A stretch of 64,000 nucleotides of DNA from Acidobacteriota bacterium (GTDB taxonomy: Bacteria > Acidobacteriota > UBA890 > WLXD01): NCBI GenBank assembly GCA_965205505.1, contig CBDBHB010000009.1, positions 640,001 to 704,000 of the forward strand, written 5' to 3'. Position 1 is the first letter of the stretch; each line of letters opens with the position of its first letter. Both the position numbers and the translations under genes were made by a program. Positions 28,191 to 38,800 of this stretch are shown one piece after another. The notes beneath the pieces were generated by a model. It did not search any database and was not told the origin of the DNA. It saw only the letters and a list, made by a program, of their open reading frames with translations.

Positions 28191-29167
28191 CTAGCGGCAG
28201 ACAGCGCCCGCTGGGCGGCTCCGAAGAGCGCGGCGCGTGGCTCCAGGATGACGCCAACGGGTACCTTGCGAACCAGCGGTTCGAAGCGGCCTTTACCTGC
28301 CAAGGCGTCGAGGAACATCGGCCGGCGCAGTGCCGGGAGGATTCGTGGCGGGATGCCTCCGCCGAGATAGATGCCGCCGGTCGCTACAACTTGCAACGCC
28401 AGATTTCCCGCCGCCGCCGCCAACATTGCCACGAAGGTGTCTAGAGCCAGAGCGCACACTTCACAGGCCTCCGATAGCCCGGACTGCAAGATCACCGGGG
28501 TGGCGTCGTCGACCGTTGCAAGGGCCGCCGCGACGTCTTGGTTCGCCAACCCTCGACCAGACACCGACAGGAACTCGTACAGCAACGGCATGCTGCCGCC
28601 CGAGCAGGCGCGCTCCAGGCTCACGTGCCCGAATCGCTGACGCAGGAATAGCAGATACTCGGTCTGCACCTCGCCGTTGGGGGCGAAGTCGGTGTGGCCG
28701 GCCTCCGAGGCCACCGCGATGGCTCCGGCGGCGGTGCGAACCAGAATTGCCTCGCCGATTCCGGTACCCGGGGCTACGACTCCGATCACGCCGTTCGAGG
28801 ACGCCGGCACGTCGTGCAACATCTCGATCTCGCCGTCGTTCAGGTATGGCACGAACGTCGCGGTGGCTTCGAGATCGTTCATTAGCTCCAGCGGTCCGTC
28901 GACCGCCGCCACCAGCGGTTTGTGCTCGATGTCCCACGGTAGGGTGGAGCCCGGGATACGGTCACCGACCACCGGCCCGGCAACTGCCAGCATGCCGCCA
29001 TCGACGTGCTGCCCATCGAGGAAGTCACCCACCAGGGCTTCGGCGCTGGCGTAACTCGATGTCGTCAAGCTGGCGGCGCGCGCCGGAGCACGTGGTCCCC
29101 CCTCCGGGGTGAATAGCCCCAGTAGGCTCTTGGTGCCGCCGATGTCGCCAGCAAGATAGATCGCCAT
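28133..29167 (-). CDS. glk: Glucokinase
   Basis: LAGDIGGTK, AVAGPV, MNDLEA, APGTGIGEA, SEAGH, GGIYLGGGI; the last ~19 codons lie inside the MITE. Confidence 0.93.
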   Translation of the reverse strand: MAIYLAGDIGGTKSLLGLFTPEGGPRAPARAASLTTSSYASAEALVGDFLDGQHVDGGMLAVAGPVVGDRIPGSTLPWDIEHKPLVAAVDGPLELMNDLEATATFVPYLNDGEIEMLHDVPASSNGVIGVVAPGTGIGEAILVRTAAGAIAVASEAGHTDFAPNGEVQTEYLLFLRQRFGHVSLERACSGGSMPLLYEFLSVSGRGLANQDVAAALATVDDATPVILQSGLSEACEVCALALDTFVAMLAAAAGNLALQVVATGGIYLGGGIPPRILPALRRPMFLDALAGKGRFEPLVRKVPVGVILEPRAALFGAAQRALSAASAPDHKYGNVCGARDRGEL

Positions 29168-29180
29168 GTCGGGGCGGATC

Positions 29181-29240
29181 CTAGCAGGCCGCGGTGGGAG
29201 TCTGCCGGGCCGTAGCCAGGCCCGCCACGCTTCCACCACG
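29181..29240. repeat. Collapsed, diverged copy of the TAGCAGGCC-ended element
   Basis: CTAGCAGGCCGCGGTGGGAGT..GGGCC-CCAGGCCCGCCACGCTTCCACCACG, i.e. both TIRs of 33521-33796 without the core. Confidence 0.7.
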
Positions 29241-29371
29241 ATAGGCAACGATCATCTGTTACAGGCCACTAGGCGTCGGGCGAGCAACTGGTCGCCGATC
29301 CTGGGAGCGGTATCCTTGCTCGCGCAACCACTCCCCCTAGTTCGCCTTCGTCCGGCTTGCAGTGCACCGCC

Positions 29372-30967
29372 ATGAATGGACGCCCCGAGTACGACGCTAT
29401 CATCATCGGCAGCGGCTTCGGCGGAGCCTGCACTGCCGACGTGCTGGTTCGGGCCGGCAAGCGCGTGCTGATGCTCGAGCGCGGCGACTGGGTCCCCCGG
29501 GGGCCCCACAACTGGGAGCCCGACGGCTCGCTCGACCTGACGCCTTACTACTCGAAGGAAACTCCGTACGAAGTGGCGCCGGGGAGCGACTCCACCGTGT
29601 CGCTGCTGGACCGGCTAGTAACCGGGCGCACCAAGGCCAAGGAGGTGGGGGGCTACTATTGCGTCGGCGGTCCATCGGTGTTCTACGGGGCGGTCTCACT
29701 TCGCCTGCGGACCGAGGACTTCGAGCCCGCCGCCGAGGTCTGCGGTGACTCGGGAGCTGAGTGGCCCTACGGCTACGAGGAGATCGAGCCCTACTACGCC
29801 GCTGCCGAGCGTCTCCTGGGTGTAGCCGGGGTTGCCGGCGAAGATCCCACCGAGCCGCCACGTTCGAGTCCGTATCCCGCCGTGCCGGATGAGCTCTCCG
29901 ACACCTCGAGGATGATCGCCGCCGCCGCCGAGCGCCTCGGCCTGCGGCCGTTTCGATTGCCCCTGGCGATCAACTACGAGGCCACCGATGCACGCGCCGG
30001 CTGCGTTGCCTGTACGACGTGCGACTCTTTCGCCTGCGCCATCGGTGCCAAGAACGACATTGCCACGCGGGTGCTGCCACCGTTGCTCGACGCCGGATTG
30101 GAGCTGCGCCCCGCAACCGTCGTCAAGCGGCTGGTGCGCCAGGGTTCGCGAATCAACGGCGTCGAGTGCGTCGATCGCGCCAGCGGCGAGGCGCTAGTGT
30201 TTCACGCCGAGCAGATCGTTCTTGCTGCCGGAGCGCTGGCATCGCCCTTGCTATTGCTGGCCTCTGGGCTGGAGCAGGTGAATCCCGGCGGCAACGTCGT
30301 GGGGAGGTACCTGACACGACACTCCAACGCCATCGAGTTCGGCCTCTTCCGCAGCCACGTAAATCCGCGCCAGCAGTTCCACAAACAGCTCGGTTTCCAC
30401 GACTTCTATTTCGGGCACACGCTGGTGAGCGATCCACCCGGCAAGCTCGGCGGCATCCAGCAACTGCAGTCGCCGCCCGTTGGCCTAGTCAGGGCGCACT
30501 TGCCTTCTGTGGTCGGTGGGATCGTGGGTGCACTGTTGATTCCACGTTCGACCGGCCTGCTGGTGATGGCCGAGGACGAGCCGCGCTCCGATAACCGAGT
30601 GACCATCAAGCGCTCGCCACCGGACCGCTTCGGCCTACCCCGGGCGGTGATTCAGCACGCCTATACCGAGCGCGACTTGGCGGCGCGCGATGCTCTGCTC
30701 GGGCAGTCTCGGCGCATTCTGCGCGAGGCCGGAGCCATATGGACCCATTCGCACTACATCCACACATTCTCCCATGCTGCCGGCACCGTCCGTATGGGGA
30801 ACGATCCAGCGACTTCGGCCCTCGACGCGCACTGTCGCTTTCGTGGCATCGACAATCTGCGTGTCGTCGATGCGAGCTTCATCCCCGCCGCCGGCGGCTT
30901 GAACCCCAGCTTGACCATCGCCGCGAACGCACTCAGAGTAGGCGAGCACCTTCTCGGCGACCTCTGA
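29372..30967 (+). CDS. GMC-family FAD oxidoreductase
   Basis: IIGSGFGG, VGGPSVFYG, Cys cluster CVACTTCDSFAC, HAAGTVRMG, NPSLTIAANA. Confidence 0.9.
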   Translation: MNGRPEYDAIIIGSGFGGACTADVLVRAGKRVLMLERGDWVPRGPHNWEPDGSLDLTPYYSKETPYEVAPGSDSTVSLLDRLVTGRTKAKEVGGYYCVGGPSVFYGAVSLRLRTEDFEPAAEVCGDSGAEWPYGYEEIEPYYAAAERLLGVAGVAGEDPTEPPRSSPYPAVPDELSDTSRMIAAAAERLGLRPFRLPLAINYEATDARAGCVACTTCDSFACAIGAKNDIATRVLPPLLDAGLELRPATVVKRLVRQGSRINGVECVDRASGEALVFHAEQIVLAAGALASPLLLLASGLEQVNPGGNVVGRYLTRHSNAIEFGLFRSHVNPRQQFHKQLGFHDFYFGHTLVSDPPGKLGGIQQLQSPPVGLVRAHLPSVVGGIVGALLIPRSTGLLVMAEDEPRSDNRVTIKRSPPDRFGLPRAVIQHAYTERDLAARDALLGQSRRILREAGAIWTHSHYIHTFSHAAGTVRMGNDPATSALDAHCRFRGIDNLRVVDASFIPAAGGLNPSLTIAANALRVGEHLLGDL

Positions 30968-30980
30968 TTCGCGAGCTCCA

Positions 30981-31937
30981 GTGCCCTCTCCCGACACCCT
31001 CAAGCTGGCCTTTCTCGGCTGCGGCGGAGTAGCCCGCAAGCACAGTGCCACCCTCAAGCGGATCGGCGGCGTGGAGCGCTACTACGCCAGCCGCAGCGCC
31101 GGACGCGGCGCTGAGCTGTGCAGAAGCACCGGAGGCGCGGGTGCATACGACAGCTATGCCACCGCTCTCGACGACGAGGCCATCGACGTGGTGCTGGTGG
31201 CCACCCCGCCGAGCTCCCATCTGCAGTTGGCGATGGCGGCGCTGGAGGCTGGCAAGCACGTCATCGTCGAGAAGCCGCCGTTCCTTCGCAGCACCGACTT
31301 CTACTCCGTCAACAGCGCGGCGCAGCTTGCCAACCGGCAGGTATTCGTGGCGGAGAACTACTTCTACAAGCCGTTGCTCGCTTGTCTGCGCGATGTCATT
31401 GCGGAGGGTGACATCGGCGAGCCTCTGTTCGTCTTGCTCAATGCCCTCAAGACCCAGGCGGTCGATGGCTGGCGCGACGATCCGGCGCTGGCGGGCGGTG
31501 GAGCGTTGTTCGAGGGCGGCATCCACTGGGTCAATTTTGCCGCCAACCTGGGGCCGCCTCTGCGCGCCGTGCGCGGCACCCGCCCGGGCAAGCATGCAGG
31601 CCTCGAACGGAGCATGATGCTGACGCTCGACTACGACGGGCCGGCCGGCGCCTTGCTGTACTCGTGGGAGGTCCCAGCGCTGTTCAAAGGCCTGCGAATC
31701 TCGCGCATCTGGGGCCGCGAGGGCAGCATAACGTTCGAGTCCAACGGGCTGTTCGTGATCGTGCGCGGGCGGCGTCGGCGAGTGCTGTTCCCGGGAATTC
31801 GCGATATCTCCGGCTACCGCGCCATGTTCGAGGACTTCCTCACCGCTATTCGTAGCGGCACTGACCCGGCATTCGATCTCGAAGCTGCCCGCCGTGATCT
31901 CGAGTTCGTCGAACAGGCCTACGAAACGGTGGTGTAG
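30981..31937 (+). CDS. Gfo/Idh/MocA NAD(P)-dependent oxidoreductase
   Basis: LGCGGVA, ATPPSSH, GKHVIVEKP, GGGALFEGGIH. Confidence 0.9.
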   Translation: MPSPDTLKLAFLGCGGVARKHSATLKRIGGVERYYASRSAGRGAELCRSTGGAGAYDSYATALDDEAIDVVLVATPPSSHLQLAMAALEAGKHVIVEKPPFLRSTDFYSVNSAAQLANRQVFVAENYFYKPLLACLRDVIAEGDIGEPLFVLLNALKTQAVDGWRDDPALAGGGALFEGGIHWVNFAANLGPPLRAVRGTRPGKHAGLERSMMLTLDYDGPAGALLYSWEVPALFKGLRISRIWGREGSITFESNGLFVIVRGRRRRVLFPGIRDISGYRAMFEDFLTAIRSGTDPAFDLEAARRDLEFVEQAYETVV

Positions 31938-32068
31938 CAGCTCCAGGACAGCTCCGGAGGCCTGCGTGGTGGTACATTTCCCCATCGAGATGTGTTCATC
32001 AGGTTCCATCAGCAGGGTGGAGCCAGGTGAACGAAACTTAGGAACGAGGCAGAGTCGAGGCCGCGCTC

Positions 32069-33523
32069 ATGGCTAAAGCTGACAGCTACATCCCGACGGC
32101 TAGAGAACAGGCTTTTCTCGATACTGTCGAGAGTCCCCGCTACGATCGCCAATCGGTCAACGGTCTCAGCCCGTTCCTGGGCGAGCGGGTACCTGATGAC
32201 ATGCGGGACTTCTACTCGCCGGACGAGCTTGCCATTCTCGGTGAGCTCAAGGGCACGGAGCGCGATGTCGAGGCGCGGATGCCCGTGAAAATGACGCGCC
32301 ACTACTTTACGTTGGCACAACAAAGCCCCCCTTTGCGCCGCTTGGTGAAGGCAAGCCCAGACGAGACGCGGAGCCTGGCTGGCTCGGAGGATCCCGGGTT
32401 TCAGATGGATTTCAGCCCTGTTGAGGGCCTAATTCACAAGTACGAGATGGGTCTGCTGTACGTCACGTCGACGTGCTCGGCACATTGTCGGTTTTGCTAC
32501 CGCGAGGAGTTGATCAGCCGCAAAGAAATCGAGCGGCAGGACGGAACTGTCGCGAGTAAGGGGCTTGCTCAGATCGGTGAGGTCACCGACTACGTCCTCT
32601 CGTACAACAGGCTCGTCGAAGAGAACGGTGGGCGGCATCCAGAGTCCGGCCGTGAGCGGCTGCGCGAGATCTTGTTGTCGGGCGGCGATCCGATGGTGTT
32701 GCCAAACGGAAAGATCGCGGCATGGTTGGCGGCACTCGCCGAGGCTGGCATTGAGGCTATCCGGATAGGTACGAAGGAATTGGCGTTCTTCCCGGATCGC
32801 TTCGACGAGACGTTTTTCTCCATGCTCGACGCTTTCCACGACACGTATCCCGATGTCGGTCTTCGCGTGATGGTGCATTTCAATCACCCCGATGAGTTCC
32901 TCGTCAAGGACGACGACGGGCGCTACGCAGAGAACCCGAACGGGTCACTCAAGTGGATTGACTCGGCAAAGCGTGCCCTGGAGGGCCTCACGTCGCGGGG
33001 ATGGGTGACCGTTGAGAATCAGTCTCCAATTATCAAAGGCATCAACGATGACCCCGATGCGTTGCGCATCATGCAGCGAGCCCTGAAGCGTGTGGGCGCC
33101 GAGAATCACTACTTCTTTTGCGGCCGCGACATCGTCGCCTACGAGGCGTTCAACGTGCCGATTGAAACCGCCTGGCAAACCTTGAATGAGTCGCAGAAGG
33201 GACTGTCCGGTGTTGAGACGCGTGCCCGACTCTCGATCACGCACTACAAGGGCAAGACCGAGGTAGCCGCGGTCACGAACGGACCGATCCCGGGCGTCCC
33301 TGGTACAGAGAACGGAGTGGTGATCTTCAAGATCCTGCGGAGCGCCGCCAGCGCACCGGAACGCGGAAAAGTGTGCATCGTCGGGCGGAACCCTGACGCG
33401 ATTTGGTTCGACGGCTACGCCGACCGCGTCATCTATGACGAGGCGGGGCTCTTCGACTACGCGCGGATACAGGCCCTCGGGACGGCTGTGCCTTCCTCAG
33501 TTGCCGCGGGTGCCGGTTCCTAG
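32069..33523 (+). CDS. KamA-like (lysine 2,3-aminomutase family) radical SAM enzyme
   Basis: GLIHKY, CSAHCRFCYR, LLSGGDP, IRIGTK, HFNHPDE, NQSPIIKGIND, GLSG, putative PLP lysine in YKGK. Confidence 0.88.
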   Translation: MAKADSYIPTAREQAFLDTVESPRYDRQSVNGLSPFLGERVPDDMRDFYSPDELAILGELKGTERDVEARMPVKMTRHYFTLAQQSPPLRRLVKASPDETRSLAGSEDPGFQMDFSPVEGLIHKYEMGLLYVTSTCSAHCRFCYREELISRKEIERQDGTVASKGLAQIGEVTDYVLSYNRLVEENGGRHPESGRERLREILLSGGDPMVLPNGKIAAWLAALAEAGIEAIRIGTKELAFFPDRFDETFFSMLDAFHDTYPDVGLRVMVHFNHPDEFLVKDDDGRYAENPNGSLKWIDSAKRALEGLTSRGWVTVENQSPIIKGINDDPDALRIMQRALKRVGAENHYFFCGRDIVAYEAFNVPIETAWQTLNESQKGLSGVETRARLSITHYKGKTEVAAVTNGPIPGVPGTENGVVIFKILRSAASAPERGKVCIVGRNPDAIWFDGYADRVIYDEAGLFDYARIQALGTAVPSSVAAGAGS

Positions 33524-33796
33524 CAGGCCGTGGTGGAAGTGTGGCGGGCCTGGCGACAGGGTCTTGCGAGGAGGAGGCAAGGAGAGAGGAGGAGGCGATA
33601 GCTACCCCATCGTTGACGACGAACGACGCAGCATACGCGCGCAACCCCCTATCGCCCGGAGGGTTACGGCGATTTGGGGTCATCTGCGGCGTTGGCCCTC
33701 CTGGACGATGGCTGGAGCATCGCCCAGGAGGGCCGCCTTCCATCTGACCCCAACTCGCCGTAACCAGGCCCGCCACACTTCCACCACGGCCTGCTA
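33521..33796. mobile_element. MITE-like element, 276 bp, perfect 33-bp TIRs
   Basis: TAGCAGGCCGTGGTGGAAGTGTGGCGGGCCTGG at 33521-33553, inverted at 33764-33796; CTAG/CTAA context at the ends. Confidence 0.85.
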
Positions 33797-33872
33797 AACG
33801 AAGTACACGCGCGCCGGTTTCCACCGGCCTACGCCACACGCCACAGGACTCGGGGCGGCTAGGATCCAGGCC

Positions 33873-34697
33873 ATGAACGACCTCTACGCTGTGCTCATCG
33901 GGCTCGCCTCCGGCGTCCATACCTCCACCTGGGGGATGTACAAGGACGCCCCGCACGAGGGCTTCACCTGGCCCAAGTACCTGCGCAGCACGCTGATCGG
34001 CGTGCTGGCGGCCCTGGTGCTCAACCGAGTGCTCCAGCTCGACCTTACGATAGCTTCCAACATCGCCGTGTTCTTCGGCGCCACCTACGTCGGCGAGCGT
34101 GCCTTGCTGGAGTTCTGGAAGACCTTCCTGCGCGTCGAGGACCAATCGAAGTATTTCATTCCCATGCAGTTCGCCGTTCTCGGTAAGGTCGTCGAGAACC
34201 GTGCGGTGCAGCTGGCGGTGGCGGTGGCGTACGCTGCAACCTGCATCTTCATCGGCTACTCGATCTGGTGGTTTCAGCAGACCGATCCGCAGCTGAGCCC
34301 GTTGCTCGTGGTCGCCACCATCGGCGCCGCCGGCGGCTGGATCTCGGCCTTGGGCGGTGCCTGGAAAGACGCCCCCAAGGAGGGCTTCGAGACCCTCAAG
34401 TTTTTCCGCAGCCCGCAGCTCGCCGCCGCATGGGCCTGGCTGCTGGCGCACTTCACCGGCAACTACCTGCTCATCGCCTCCTGCGCCCTCGGCTACACCA
34501 TCGCCACCACCGAGACCTACAAGACGTTCTTCTTTCCCAGCAAGCCGCGCGGCAAGTTCGCCGGCATGCCGATCTCGCATCCGGATTGGCTACAGCGGCG
34601 GTATTACTTCGTGCCGCTGTACGTCGCCGTGTGGATCGGCGTCATCGTGGTGTTTGTGCTCGGATTCATGGGGCCACACCGGGGCCTGCTCGCGTAG
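33873..34697 (+). CDS. Integral membrane protein with internal duplication
   Basis: Halves GMYKDAPHEGF..KYLRS..EFWKTF and GAWKDAPKEGF..KFFRS..ETYKTF. Confidence 0.8.
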   Translation: MNDLYAVLIGLASGVHTSTWGMYKDAPHEGFTWPKYLRSTLIGVLAALVLNRVLQLDLTIASNIAVFFGATYVGERALLEFWKTFLRVEDQSKYFIPMQFAVLGKVVENRAVQLAVAVAYAATCIFIGYSIWWFQQTDPQLSPLLVVATIGAAGGWISALGGAWKDAPKEGFETLKFFRSPQLAAAWAWLLAHFTGNYLLIASCALGYTIATTETYKTFFFPSKPRGKFAGMPISHPDWLQRRYYFVPLYVAVWIGVIVVFVLGFMGPHRGLLA

Positions 34698-34751
34698 GGT
34701 CGGCGGCAACGTTACGGGCCATGGCCATCTGTTTGTCACGTCGAGTCGGTC

Positions 34752-37437
<2,686 letters not shown>

Positions 37438-37657
37438 TGCGTGTCTGACTCCTCTATGGGGAAAGTAGACCGTTCCGCTGAACGATCTGACCGAGTCTCG
37501 TTGGCGAAGCTTAGCAGGGCACCGAATCGCAGTTCGGCAGCGGCCCCGACCCGCGGTCGAAGTCGTGTGGTGCCGTTCCGAGGGAGACAGGTGGAGGCGT
37601 GCGCCGTATCATGCGCTGGACTGCGGCATTCGCTGCGAGGCGCACTAGTGGTGATCG

Positions 37658-38800
37658 ATGTGTAAGCTCATCCTGCCCGTTCTTGTTGCCCTGCTCGGTC
37701 TCGTGCCGGTCGCCGGTCGCGGCGTAGCAGCCCAAGAAACGTCGGCCAGCGACGCGGCGGCCGAATCCCGCTTCCTCACCCGTATTCGGAGGCTCACCTA
37801 CGATGGGGTGCGCGCCGGCGAGGGCTACTACTCATACGACGGCACCAAGATGGTGCTGCAAAGTGAGCGTGTGGCCGACAATCCGTTCTACCAGATCTAT
37901 CAGCTGGATCTGACCACCGGGGAGACGCAGCGCATCTCGTCCGGCGTGGGCAAGACGACCTGCGCGTTCATCCATCCGGTGACCGGTGAGGTGGAGTACG
38001 CCTCGACGCACCTCGACCTCGACTCCAGGCGCTACCAGCAAGAAGAGCTCGATATGCGCGCCTCCGGGCAGGAGCGCCGCTATGCCTGGGACTACGACCC
38101 GGCGATGGACATCTTCGTGACCGATCCGGCTACCGGGGAGACACGTCAACTCACCGACGCTCGGGGCTACGATGCCGAGGGCAGTTACTCGCCCGACGGC
38201 GAGTGGATTATCTTCTCGTCGAACCGCAACGCCTATTCGCGCCAGCTGACCAGCGAAGAAGAGAATCTGCTGAAGGTCGATCCGGCCTACTTCGCCGACC
38301 TGTGGATCATGCGCGCCGACGGCTCTGCGCAGCGCCAGCTGACCGACGTGCCGGGTTACGACGGCGGTCCGTTCTTTTTTCACGACGGCTCGCGCATTAT
38401 CTGGCGACGCTTCCATCCGTCGGGTCTGCTGGCCGACGTCTACTCCGCCAATCCCGACGGCAGCGACGAGCGGCGGCTCACCGATTTCGGCGCTATGAGC
38501 TGGGCACCGTACGTGTATCCCTCGCGGCAGTACGTGTTCTTCGCTTCGAACAAGCTCGGTTTCGACAATTTCGAGGTGTTCATGGTCGATATCGCCGGTG
38601 AGAAGGAGCCCGTTCGGGTGACCTATTCGGACCGCTTCGACGGTTTGCCGGTGCCGGCGCCGGATGGCTCGACGCTGTCATGGACCTCGCAGCGTCACGG
38701 CGAGAAGGGCTCCCAGATCTTCGTCGCACAGTGGAGCCACGAGGCTGCGCTGGCTGCGGCGCCGGCCCGGGTGCGCAATTCTGAGGAAAGCGACCAGTGA
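37658..38800 (+). CDS. TolB-like PD40 beta-propeller secreted protein
   Basis: Signal peptide; AGEGYYS, GYDAEGSYSPDG, GYDGGPFF repeats. Confidence 0.85.
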   Translation: MCKLILPVLVALLGLVPVAGRGVAAQETSASDAAAESRFLTRIRRLTYDGVRAGEGYYSYDGTKMVLQSERVADNPFYQIYQLDLTTGETQRISSGVGKTTCAFIHPVTGEVEYASTHLDLDSRRYQQEELDMRASGQERRYAWDYDPAMDIFVTDPATGETRQLTDARGYDAEGSYSPDGEWIIFSSNRNAYSRQLTSEEENLLKVDPAYFADLWIMRADGSAQRQLTDVPGYDGGPFFFHDGSRIIWRRFHPSGLLADVYSANPDGSDERRLTDFGAMSWAPYVYPSRQYVFFASNKLGFDNFEVFMVDIAGEKEPVRVTYSDRFDGLPVPAPDGSTLSWTSQRHGEKGSQIFVAQWSHEAALAAAPARVRNSEESDQ

